From positions 1-64,000 of the IMG/VR virus record IMGVR_UViG_3300044712_002699: a DNA stretch of 64,000 nt; one strand, written 5' to 3'. Each line of letters starts with the position of its first letter. The stretch's first letter is position 1. Positions 9,152-20,300 of this stretch are shown one piece after another. The DNA is from a virus. The notes under the pieces are model-generated. The model was not told the DNA's origin. It worked only from the letters and a program-made list of their open reading frames with translations, and searched no databases. The translations under genes and the position numbers were made by a program.

Positions 9152-9640
9152 TTACTCGCTAACGTAAATAACTTCATCATCAGAGGAAGCCATCCCCCTC
9201 TTTTTTAATCCTCGTTCGTCTATAACATCATAAGTTCGATAACTGTCGTGGGTTTCCACAACATAGAATTGCTTCCCAGTACAAGCAGACAGAGCATCCG
9301 CCTGAGATATACACTCCTCCTCGGCTCTCTGTTCATATTCAGCCTGTTCCTTAAGGAAGCATTCTTTTATCTTAGAAATATCTGCCAGAACTTTTTTGTC
9401 TTTAACTGGGCAAGTTGTGTCGGTCGAAATTTCATCCGCGACAAGCGTAGGAGACACATGTGAACCCTTCCACTCCGACGCTTTAGAAGAAATATGCTGT
9501 AAGTTTTTTGTAGCCCCTCTTGCCCAAAGCTTTATCATCTGATCGACGGACTTCTTCCTCGATCGTTCCAAATCTTTGTACGGTTCGGGAGCACTTAGAG
9601 CTTCATTAATGGCATCTAAGACGTCTCTCGATTTTCTCAT
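9152..9640 (-). CDS. Hypothetical (putative internal head) protein
   Basis: SD GAGGTG before MRKSRDVLDAINE at 9640. Confidence 0.7.
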   Translation of the reverse strand: MRKSRDVLDAINEALSAPEPYKDLERSRKKSVDQMIKLWARGATKNLQHISSKASEWKGSHVSPTLVADEISTDTTCPVKDKKVLADISKIKECFLKEQAEYEQRAEEECISQADALSACTGKQFYVVETHDSYRTYDVIDERGLKKRGMASSDDEVIYVSE

Positions 9641-9679
9641 TCGACACCTCAACAGAAAAACTTCGCGTAGACTCTATTA

Positions 9680-9687
9680 GAAAGACA
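9680..9687 (-). promoter_or_regulatory. YGTCTTTC motif
   Basis: GAAAGACA on +, 40 nt upstream of the 9640 start. Confidence 0.6.
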
Positions 9688-9728
9688 CGAGATTTGAATA
9701 AGAAGATAGAAATTTAAATCTAGGAATG

Positions 9729-10478
9729 CTATTTGAGGGGGGTTCTGAGGTAAGAAAAATTACAAGAGTCGTCTTTAGAACAATGCAAAATACCGAACAG
9801 GGCCTCCTGTTGCTGCACAAAACATGAATTATCGGCTGAGCAGGGAACAGTCGTCATAGGATAAACTTGAGTTGAGCCTATAATATACGGCTCTGCTAAA
9901 ACATCATAGTGTCCATAGAATAAAAATGACGGACTCAGATTGGATGTTAGTCTACTGACATAGGGAGAGCCGTACCGTCGAGTATCTTTAAACACGTGAC
10001 AGTACGGAGAGTCGTGACATAATAACACATCAACGGTCTCGTCTCCAGTAATCAGAGCCATCTCATCAGGCTGCGTATACTTAGCGAGCCTTCTCTTCTC
10101 AGAATTGTGACCCCAGTAGTATATCCCTCCCAACGATGCAACCCTGAGACCTATAACCGAGTGGATACCACTAGAGAGCAAGAAAAAATTATGTGGGAAA
10201 GGAGGAACCTCATCTCCTAGGAGAGAGTAATCGTCGTGATTGCCGCGAACAAAAAATAACGGAACCGGGAACTTTTTTCGTCCATCTATGAAAGAAAAAA
10301 TTTCAGACTGCCCTGAATCATTTCTAAAGTGTCTCTTAGATGTAATATCAAGAGAATCATAATTAGGGTAAAACCCGAGGTCGCCCACCTGAAAAACGGC
10401 GTCGGCATTGGTCTGGAAAACTAAATTTTCCAGGAAGTTTATTCTTCCGTGAATATCACCTGCGACGAGAATTTTCAT
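9729..10478 (-). CDS. Calcineurin-like metallophosphoesterase
   Basis: Metal-binding motifs GDIHG, VGDLG, RGNHD, CHDSP, YGHY. Confidence 0.92.
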   Translation of the reverse strand: MKILVAGDIHGRINFLENLVFQTNADAVFQVGDLGFYPNYDSLDITSKRHFRNDSGQSEIFSFIDGRKKFPVPLFFVRGNHDDYSLLGDEVPPFPHNFFLLSSGIHSVIGLRVASLGGIYYWGHNSEKRRLAKYTQPDEMALITGDETVDVLLCHDSPYCHVFKDTRRYGSPYVSRLTSNLSPSFLFYGHYDVLAEPYIIGSTQVYPMTTVPCSADNSCFVQQQEALFGILHCSKDDSCNFSYLRTPLK

Positions 10479-10498
10479 CTCGCTCCACCTCTACAGAT

Positions 10499-10527
10499 AC
10501 AATACTATGAAAATAAGGATTTGTCAA
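10499..10527 (-). promoter_or_regulatory. Sigma70-type promoter for the metallophosphoesterase
   Basis: TTGACA-17 nt-TATTGT on the minus strand. Confidence 0.65.
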
Positions 10528-10534
10528 ACCAATA

Positions 10535-12601
10535 CTAGGGAGAAATCACTTTATTGATTGACCTAAGAAGGGCCTTAACATTAACAGGCTTTTCCAGCAC
10601 TAAATCAACACCGCTCTCCAAAATTTTCTCTTCTTTGACCTGCCCGCCCCATCCGGTGAGAAGAATAAGAGGAGGTTTTATCCTCCCCTCTGACACACTA
10701 AGTTCTTTAATCGCTTTTCCAACCTGCCAACCGTTCATCCCCGGCATCGCCAGGTCGCACACAATAACATCAATATCATTTTGAAGAAATTTTTCTATTC
10801 CAACAGCACCGTTCTGAGCAATTAGAACATCGTGCCCGTAAAGACCGAGCCCCTCTTTTAAGGTAAGTAAAATAGGTTCTACATCATCTATTGCCAAGAT
10901 TGTATAATGCCCCCCAAGAAATTCTTCACCTAAAACCCCGGTAATTACTGTTGTATCGTCTTCACAGAAAGGAAGGGTAATCAAGAACAAGGCCCCTCCC
11001 GACGGATTGTTTTGGACTGAGGTTTGTCCGCCGTGCTTAACAACAGTACCGTACGCGCTTGCCAACCCGATTCCAGTTCCCTGTACACCCTTCGTAGTCC
11101 AGAACGGCGTAAAAACTTTACCTAAATCTTCTTCCTTTATACCCAAACCCTCATCAGAAACTGAGAGGTGTATTAAGTTACCTTTCATTGAGGAAGAAAC
11201 ATTTATATGACCACCCCTTGGCATTGCTTCAACCGCGTTCTTTATAAGATTTACAAGAACTTCAAATATTTCATTCTCGTAGCCTCGGATGGTGCATCCT
11301 GCTTCGGCATCGACTCGCATTACAACATCAACACCGGCACGCTCTGCTCCGGTTTTCCATAACGGTTTTGTCATATCAACTGCTTGCTTAATCGTGTCTG
11401 AAATGTCGAAAACATGTGTTGGGGTCTCGTCATCTTTAGACCTAAGTTTTGCGAAATCTTGCAATCTACGTACGGTTTCTGCCCCAAACTTGGAACTCTC
11501 CAGTATTTGATCGAGTCCTTCCAACGCTTTTTTAAAATTTCCCAAATCTATGTTAAGGGCCGCAAGCTGGGCTCCTCCAACGACAACTTGAAGAAGGTTG
11601 TTAAAATTATGAGCCACGCCCGATGCTAATTCAGCGACTGCTTGTAATTTTTCTGATTGCAACAAGAGGTCGGCGGCGCGTTTCCTGTCTGCTATATCCT
11701 CGATGATCCCAGTCCCGCCTATAATGTAATCGTCTAAAGAAAACATTGGGCCAAAATCACATTTTATACAGACAGCGTGATCTGTGCCTGGTATTGAAAT
11801 ATCTCCCTCAAAACTTCCCCTTCCTCCAAGAAAAGCCTCATTGATTGCGGTAACTAACCCCTCCTCATCAATATCCTTTATCAGATTTACGCCTATCACC
11901 GCTTCTCTATTCACTCCAACTATCCTCAGAAACATTTCATTACAAGCCGTTATCTCTCCTTCCAGGTCAAAATGAATAATTCCTATCGGAGAAGCGTCAA
12001 AAATCATCCGGTACTTCTCCTCCGATGCGCGTAGCGCTTCCGTAACAGCCTCTTTTTCTGAAATTTCTTTTTGTAATAATTGATTCCTAGACGATAATTC
12101 TTGCTGAAACTTTTTATTCAGAAGTTCTTGCCGCTTTTCCTGGGTCAAATCCTCTATCAAAACCAGGAGCATCCTTTCATCGCCACACCTAATGGATTGA
12201 AAACTTAGCCTACCCCATATTTTTTTATCCTCATAACTGAGAATAGATTCTTTTACAACCGCTTTTCGTGTCTTCAAAACAGTAGTCGCCACCGAGATCA
12301 CGCCTTCTCTAGCTTTCTCTACAGAAAACAAAGACGAAAGAGGCTTACCCTCTAATTCAGCATATGCTGGATTTATTTTTCCCCACGCGGAGTTTAGAAA
12401 ACGGATTGTCAACGACTTATCAAGTAAAAGTGTCAGAATAGGTAGAACTCGAAGAAGTCTCCCAAAGGGAGAAAACTTTATCCAGCTTAGGTCAAAGCTT
12501 CCTGACTGCGTTATCTCATCCGGGAGAAGAGAATTAAGATCGATAGTCTCTGTGGGACTGTACAATCCTACTGATGGAGTTTCATCGTCATAGTCAAACA
12601 T
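10535..12601 (-). CDS. Hybrid sensor histidine kinase (PAS-PAS-HisKA-HATPase-REC)
   Basis: H-box ASGVAHNFNNLL; N-box NLIKNAVEAM; G1/F/G2 boxes DEGLGI, FTPFWTTK, GTGIGL; receiver IDD...CDLAMPGMNG...LTG...KP; two PAS-like segments; no transmembrane segment seen. Confidence 0.95.
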   Translation of the reverse strand: MFDYDDETPSVGLYSPTETIDLNSLLPDEITQSGSFDLSWIKFSPFGRLLRVLPILTLLLDKSLTIRFLNSAWGKINPAYAELEGKPLSSLFSVEKAREGVISVATTVLKTRKAVVKESILSYEDKKIWGRLSFQSIRCGDERMLLVLIEDLTQEKRQELLNKKFQQELSSRNQLLQKEISEKEAVTEALRASEEKYRMIFDASPIGIIHFDLEGEITACNEMFLRIVGVNREAVIGVNLIKDIDEEGLVTAINEAFLGGRGSFEGDISIPGTDHAVCIKCDFGPMFSLDDYIIGGTGIIEDIADRKRAADLLLQSEKLQAVAELASGVAHNFNNLLQVVVGGAQLAALNIDLGNFKKALEGLDQILESSKFGAETVRRLQDFAKLRSKDDETPTHVFDISDTIKQAVDMTKPLWKTGAERAGVDVVMRVDAEAGCTIRGYENEIFEVLVNLIKNAVEAMPRGGHINVSSSMKGNLIHLSVSDEGLGIKEEDLGKVFTPFWTTKGVQGTGIGLASAYGTVVKHGGQTSVQNNPSGGALFLITLPFCEDDTTVITGVLGEEFLGGHYTILAIDDVEPILLTLKEGLGLYGHDVLIAQNGAVGIEKFLQNDIDVIVCDLAMPGMNGWQVGKAIKELSVSEGRIKPPLILLTGWGGQVKEEKILESGVDLVLEKPVNVKALLRSINKVISP

Positions 12602-12612
12602 AGGACGGTCTC

Positions 12613-13200
12613 TTAGCCAAGAACTTTAGCTTGTCTAAGGGCAACAAAAACGTTAAGCAAGTGTTTACAAGCCCCAGGTATTCCGCCGGGGTTTACTGGA
12701 GGTCTATTTGTCTTCTTTCTGTAGGGCGGAGGCTTCACCCCGTATAAAGCATCTCCCTTAGAATCATTGTAATAAGCAAACCTCCACCTGTAATCCTGAC
12801 AGTCACAGCGAAACTTTGCAGGAGCACTTGAGGGAGAAATTTTTTGAAGAAATATACCGAATGGAGTCTCTACCGTAAACTCTTTACTCTTTTTCATAGA
12901 ACCTTTGATGCCAGTAAAAAGGACGAAAGTTCTGTAATAGCCCCGAAGAGAAGAGAAACCGCCCTCGGCGCTACCAACCCATTTCTTATCGACGTCTCCT
13001 GGTCCTCGCTCGCTCTGAGTAACCAATCGTACTAAAACCCGGTAGTCTTGTATCCCAGACCCCTTAAGGGGAGCGGGGCTTATCAAGCCCTCTTGGAAAG
13101 GAGTAATAAGTAGAGAAACGACGTTAATATCAGGAGGATTTCTTCTCTTTGACTGAAATTTAACGGTCGAGGCAACGATTTCCTTGATGGTCATAGGCAT
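12613..13200 (-). CDS. SWIM-type zinc-finger protein
   Basis: RCDCQDY...GACKHL (CxC...CxH); SD AAGGAG; start at 13200 or TTG 13206. Confidence 0.7.
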   Translation of the reverse strand: MPMTIKEIVASTVKFQSKRRNPPDINVVSLLITPFQEGLISPAPLKGSGIQDYRVLVRLVTQSERGPGDVDKKWVGSAEGGFSSLRGYYRTFVLFTGIKGSMKKSKEFTVETPFGIFLQKISPSSAPAKFRCDCQDYRWRFAYYNDSKGDALYGVKPPPYRKKTNRPPVNPGGIPGACKHLLNVFVALRQAKVLG

Positions 13201-13272
13201 AGTCAATCATCTCCTTCGAGACCTTACACGATTGACTGAAAAACTCTTTGGGCTCAATTTTTGATCCAGTAA

Positions 13273-14382
13273 CTAGGAAGCTGCGGTTTGAAGACTCCCC
13301 GCGCCAGGTTTTCCCGAGCGCGCTCTCATCTCAAGATAGTCCCTGAACTCATCCATGTGACGAGGATCATCATAAAATTTCTCGTATTCTCTATTCTTCG
13401 TGGCACGAGACTTGAGTCTATAGTGTCTCTCCGCAATGAATTCATCCTTTCCCCATCGTGTTCTCCAATGACTCGCCAAGTCTTTCTTCTTCTGTATCAC
13501 AGCGGGGTGACTAAACGACTCCGCGTTCATATTCAAATAATGCACCATTCGACAAAAGATTCCAGCAGTTTGCTCAACATCAGCCCGCCCACTATGAGCC
13601 GCTGTATTGGGAACACTAAAAGCTATACCGAGTTTATTAAGCTTACAGCAAGTTATCATTCCCTTACCAATAGGCCAACCGTTAGGTTCGTCCTTCCGTC
13701 GTAGAATGAGAGACATAAAATGACTTGGATCATATCTATAATCAGGATACTCTTGAAAATACCACGAACCGGGCGCACATGTTTTAATGTACTTCTTATC
13801 GGCGGCATCAATCAGCGGAATGAGATAATGCCAAGCAATATCCATTGTGTCTAAGGTTGTAGTGTGCCTAATCGGACCGACGACACGACAAATTTGGTTG
13901 AGATCAAACCTAAGGTTATGCCCACAAAGAGTAACATTACTGTAACCCTCAATAAAATCTTTAAGCCCCATCAACCCCTCGATCAACGGCACAACCTCCA
14001 CCTGTGGGGTAGTGAGGTATCTATTCATAACCAGAACCTCTCCCATAGTCATCTCTTTAGTCTTATTAGGTTTTTCCTCTCTAACAGTTACCTTTCCTGT
14101 ATCTTCAAGAAACTGCCAAAAATAAGCAGGCTCATTTAAATCAATGTAAGTATGATACAATCCTATTGATTTAAGATCCAAGTCGGTCATTTCCTCAATC
14201 CCATCTTTTAGGTTATACGCAGCCGCAGCAACTTCAACTATCTGAACCCCCGGTCTTAATGGGTCGAGTCCTGTGGTCTCGACATCTGCTACAATTAAAG
14301 TCGAGCTTTCAGCAATCTCCTTAAAATCCTCTACCGTGTGAGAAAAATTCCAGTATTTTCGTCCACTGTCAGTGTCAGACAT
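13273..14382 (-). CDS. DEDDh (DnaQ-like) 3'-5' exonuclease
   Basis: ExoI DVETTGLD, ExoII GHNLRFD, ExoIII AHSGRAD. Confidence 0.9.
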   Translation of the reverse strand: MSDTDSGRKYWNFSHTVEDFKEIAESSTLIVADVETTGLDPLRPGVQIVEVAAAAYNLKDGIEEMTDLDLKSIGLYHTYIDLNEPAYFWQFLEDTGKVTVREEKPNKTKEMTMGEVLVMNRYLTTPQVEVVPLIEGLMGLKDFIEGYSNVTLCGHNLRFDLNQICRVVGPIRHTTTLDTMDIAWHYLIPLIDAADKKYIKTCAPGSWYFQEYPDYRYDPSHFMSLILRRKDEPNGWPIGKGMITCCKLNKLGIAFSVPNTAAHSGRADVEQTAGIFCRMVHYLNMNAESFSHPAVIQKKKDLASHWRTRWGKDEFIAERHYRLKSRATKNREYEKFYDDPRHMDEFRDYLEMRARSGKPGAGSLQTAAS

Positions 14383-14395
14383 TCTTTTATCCTTT

Positions 14396-17300
14396 CTAGG
14401 CTTTGTAGTAAGCCTTATACATAAGACTCACTTTCTTAATAAAAAAGTCATATCTAGCAATAGAGTTCGATTGCTCTTCGAAGAGACTATCATCTAAGAA
14501 TCGAATCTTAGTTACCAGTGTATCGCCCGGAGCTATCTGAAGACCTCCGACACAGCCTATCTCATCGCTCACTCGAAACGCTTTCGTTATATTTGTAGTC
14601 TTGGGGTCTGAATCCGAAAAGAGGTGGTATTCGTATGTGGAGTAAAACTCCGAAGATACAGGAGGTACCTCCACGACTCCAGAACTTATTGTTTGAGCAA
14701 AATCAACCTCTGAACCGAGGATCCAAGACTCAAAACGAACTCTCATAGTAGACCCAAACGGAGACTGCGTAAAACAATCGAGACTGATGCTGAATGGATA
14801 CCCGAAAGCTACTGCATCAGGGACTGTAAAAGCGACTACAAGGGTTCCACCAACCGGAAGCTTGGTAACGGTTCCCAGATTCTTCATCTCATAATAAAGC
14901 GGGGGTGGATCACCGTCCAGTGCCTTCAATGGAGTTGTTACCCAATCGACTATCATTCCCGTATAAGAAGTAGAGTGATCCTTAAGGTTTATCTTCCCAA
15001 GGTATAGGGCCTCAACGGTTTCATTGTTAACACTAACTGAAAGAACTCCGTTTTCCGGCCTAAGTTGAGATACAAATAGGTCAGCATTGAGGTCTAACGT
15101 TCCCCACGCGGGCTTGGCACTACAAAGATACAGCGACCAATCCCCTTCAAAGAGAGGGGTCTTCATCAAATTCCCGTCGAGTCCTTTCTTAAGACCGAAA
15201 TTACTCGTCTCTGACGATGGATCATATGACAAAGATAGAGTAGGCACCTGTTCTCCGTCCACAAAACGAACTTCCTCGACATCCCTGAATACGATACCAC
15301 CAAACTTAGAAAGTGTCAAGCCAGCAATGTCGGTGTCAATACTGGTGGCTATAAAATAGTAAGGGTGAAGATAGAGATAAGGGCTAGGACGAACATTTAC
15401 TCTACCTAAACAATAAGCATAATGAGTTTTAACAACCTCATCCGTCTCTTGAGACCAAAAAACCTGGTTGGTAGTTAGGGGAGCATCTGGACACAGGAAC
15501 ATCTCCATCATATACTCCTCCCATTCACGATCGATGGAAGCCACATACACGTAATAAGTTCCAGGTTCCCACGACAGGTACCGGGGGCGCGTAGCAGTCC
15601 CGCTCACGACCTTGAGAGGTTGTCGATAAACCCCAAAACCGAGATCAAGTGAGGACTTCCACTTATATCCAAGCCGTATACACCCCTCAGCAGTTGGAAT
15701 AAATGGTATAGAAGTGGTTGCATCATATGCCAACACCCCGTCCTCTAAGACGAGACGCTCAGACAGAGGAAATTGATCATCAAGTTCGATCACCGGCTTC
15801 GTTGTCATGGGGTAAGGGATAACCTCCCAAGTTACCGTAACCTCCCCAAGTTTTATAGCCCATGTTTCAAGACCGGGAATTTGCAGCACTTCTTTTCCAT
15901 CAATAATGACAGAGTCCAGATTAGAAAGAAAGAGTTTTCCAGCGTAGTTTTTCCACTCAGAGGAGGCAGGAGCAAGATAAACTCCATAATCTCCGGTATC
16001 TATATTATGAATAGAAGAAAAAAGGTCTACCGAATCCTTAACTAGAGGGCTACGAAACTTCCCGGCTCCCTCTCGAAGAGTTAAATACGAAGCGTTAACG
16101 TAAGTACCGCAAACAATCAGTTTTGATGAAGAACGAAAAATCAAATCTCCATCTTCAGTCACAGAAAGCTTAAGGTGATGAGGGTCTTTAAGTGTTATCG
16201 AATACTTCAACCAAGTTGTAACAATTCCAAGATCATAGTTAGACCTCCACTCAACATTAACTCGGCCTACCTTCAAAGCCTGAACATACTCTCCCCCATA
16301 ACTAATTAGCACATTTAGTAGATTAGAAGAAGGATCGGGCTCGGCCCTACTGAGGAATAACTGACTACGGTATCCCATTCCAGCAAGAACCCACTTAGGA
16401 TTGTTGTCGGCGATATAAACATTATACTCTCCAAATATCCCCTGTACTCTAGATGCTACACTATCTTCACCCCCAGGGTCCAGAGGCAACCGATACCTAC
16501 CTCCGGATGTTAGGAGGCTGAGATCCGACACATCTACGAGATAGCCCCCCACTTCAATTGTAGGATCAATAGTATCAACATAGTTGAGCCGATCAGATGA
16601 TTCCCCGGTCAGGAGATGATAGTTTGGATGAGTTGTCTCCTCTTCCAATGACAACGAAACTTTACCGATACACTTACTAGTGATAGAACCAGTCTCCAAA
16701 GGAATCGTGAGGAAATTATCAGTTGCAGGGATATCCTTGCTTAGGTATAAATTGGCTCGATAATCAGGATTTACCGAGTCCCACGTATCTTCATCAGAAC
16801 CAATATAGACATAATAGTCTCCAGGCTCAAAGTTTTGAACATCTAGGGCACCGCCCAGGATTTTCAGACTCATAATATCCTTATAGTTAAAGAGCGGGAG
16901 CCGAATCTCTAAATAAGAAACATCCACGTCTTTGAGATTAATTGATCTAGTCGTATCAACCGAATCGGAAAAATATAGTATGTTATCTGGAGTAATTCCT
17001 AGATGATCATCGGAGCCCTCTTCAATAGAAATTTTGACGCACCGATGACCGAAGGCTTGGGTAAAATCATCTATAACTTGCTGAAACGTAGCTGTTATCT
17101 TTCCTACATTGATACAATAAGCAGGCTTTTTATCAAGATTAAGAACTAAGTAAGACCCCTCTGGATCAATTATAGAATTGATTAGGAACAGTTGCCCCTT
17201 ATAGTAATGGTTTAACTCATCCCAGCAATCTTCAATCCCGGCAATATACACTTGATATGACTGCTCAGTTCCTAAGTCAAATTTAGTTTCCGGCATCCAA

Positions 17301-20300
17301 TCCAATGTGAAGCTTTGAGGAATAAGTGGAGACCACCTATACGCTTTATGTTTTCTCTCCAAGTCATAGCTTTGAGCCGACTCAGCCTCATTAACGATCA
17401 AAGTATCTCTCAATAACTTGATATCTGAAACGTACGCGCCGCTAAGAGAGGGTGCCGGTTCACAAAAGTTAAATGGCACATCGGGTGCGGCACAAAAGAA
17501 GAATTCAGAAACCCACTCACACTTTTCACCAGTAGCATCTAAGATATCGGCTCCGTCCATTCTCCACCTGTAGACGTTGCCACTGTCTCGACGGATTTCT
17601 ATCTTAAACCATTTCCCTGCCGGTATGGTTGTGTCAAACAAATCGAAGGTTTGAGTTATAAGAGGATTGCCTGTTGGTATATCTAGTAATGTATATTCCA
17701 ACACTCGCCCCTCCCGTATGGCGGCTTGAACCTGACCTAAGTTTACCCTGAGATCGAACAGCACAATTTCTCTATCCACTAATTCAGATAATTCAGGAAA
17801 CCTCAAATAACAAGAAAATGAGAAACGGAGCCCAAGCTGCCAGTCATATGACTCGTAATCAAAAACCGGAAAACCAGACGTAGTCATAATACTGGTAGGG
17901 TTACCGTAAGGATCAACTATGTTTTCTACTGAAGACCCTAAGCCCGGGCTTACCTGATGTTGAAATGGTTCACAGGAGAAAAAATGACCCACAGCGGGAA
18001 TAGTGGTTTCTGTAAGGGGAACACTCAACATTACAGTCGAACCCTCTTGTGCAGACGGGGCTTCTCCAAAATATCGAATCGATTTGTTAAAAATATTTAT
18101 TTTCAAGTACGCGCTATGATCTTCAAACCAAGACTCTTGAATAGAATACCCCTCCCATGACTCAAAATTATTTGTCAGAGGTTTCAAAATTACGTGCCAT
18201 GTTCCTATATAAGTAGCCCGGTAATCGCCTGTCAAGAACATAGTCTGATCTAAGTCATGCTTAGCGGGCGTAACAAAAATCTGGTTTCGGTACTCTGGAT
18301 CGAATAGGCTCCACTTGTGGTCTCTGCTGGAAATATAAACGTGATAGGCCCCCGACTCATAACGATCCATTGTGTAGGGAAGACCGTTCTCAAAATACAG
18401 AGGTGGTCTTAAATCAAGGATCCCAAGACTCAACCTGCGTTCACGAATATATGTGAGATAACCGCTTATAGTACTGTAATATGTATCCGGGCTTCGGTAA
18501 ACAAGATCGTTTTGACCCGCGTCCCAATGAAGAGCCGGGCCAACTTTACATCGATACGCTCCCAAGAAAGTATCAGAACTCTGAATGTCCAGCACTGTCC
18601 ACTCAGAACCGTCCCACTTGATAACAACCCCATCTCCTGCGGCATAGACGTTGTCCGGGTTTGTTCCATGTACAGAGAAGAGATTAGAGACAGTTGGAGA
18701 GTCCATCTCGCCCCACACGGTTCCGTTAAAATAGAGAATTTTACCTCCGTCCCCGACAACAAATACGTCCCATCTAGAATGAGCCCAAGCGCCGTTGAGC
18801 CGTTCTGTAACAAATTGAGGGGCCTGTAAGAATGGGCCGCTTATTATATTACCCGAGAACAAAAACCCAATATACCCGTCATCCCCCACAACAACCGTGA
18901 AGGGATATTCTCCAGCAACAGTTGACACTCCATTGAGACGAGTTCCTGTGTACGCACATCTATTCCAAACAACATTTGCGCTTCCCACGCCTCTATTGAG
19001 AACCCTTCCATTCTCTCCCACAGCAATTACCATCTCGTGAGATGCTGAGACTGCTCTCATACCATCCGTAATTGGAGGAATATACTTCTCCCACACCTCT
19101 CCAACAATAAACATCAAAAACTTAGCATAACATCGAAACCTGAAATATCTAGATGGAGGTTCTGGCAAAACATAGTTGTTGTAAAGAATAGTTATTGGCT
19201 GCCAATAATCTGTCCAATCTTTCTGCCAAGTCTTACCGCTATCTTCAGAAACCAATATGGTAGTAGCAAGTCTAACATCCGGTAATAAAGAGGGCTGGTC
19301 TACCGGATCACCGACGCAGTAGATATAACCGTGTTCTGACGTAATCCCCTGGAGATGAGAGGGCTGGAAATCGAGTTGCTCCTGAGTAGGGGACACATCG
19401 CTCCAGTTATTCCCGTCCGCCGATTCGTTGTAATAACCAACATAACAATCCTCGCCACAAAAAAGAAGATTGTTCTTGTCGAATGTCGTATCGAAAGTAA
19501 CACCAAGCCAAGTATTGATACCAACCGGCTCAGACACCTGAGTAAACTCTGGGTCTCCTGAAACCGTCTTGTGGTATCGGTAACATTGCGACCCAGCGAG
19601 ATATAAGTCTTCTACAAGAGTCCCAGCGTTGGTCGGATCAAGGGTACACTTACTGATGTACCCGTCTTCAACAATTAGGTCTACTTCACCAACATATTTT
19701 GCTCCAATCTTATGGATCGGCTCCTGATAAATGGGGAAAGTGAGGTGAAATTCATCCGTTGATGCATCTATAAGAAACAACTGGTTTCGATAACCAGGAC
19801 ATAAAATATCCCATCTCTGAGTATTGGCTCCGACATAAACGTGATACTTACCAGTCTTGATGGCTTCAGTTCTCAGGTAATTGTACAGAATTCGACCATG
19901 TCCTAATGGGTACCGAAAGTTAGTAGCAGATGAGGAAACTGTTAAGTATCTGGTATCTACATTTGTCCCAGCTATCAGTTCAACTTCGTAGCCGATATAC
20001 ACCAAGTGACCGTGGACAAGATGAAGCCGAGTCGTTGGATTGTCAAGGATAGTTATTGTGGCTATCCTGGCTTTCTCCCTTGTAAAAGGGCTTACCACTT
20101 CTTCTAGATCAACATCAACATTCCCTACATACGCAGCCCCAACCCCTCTGTCTTGACCTATATTTAGTGAGAATAAACTATGATGACCCGGTCGATGACA
20201 AAAATCACTGCTGGATTCTACGAGAAAAAGATCACCCCGATAACCTACTCTTACAGCATCCCACTCTTCCTGGTTGGAGGCTATATACACATTACAGTTT

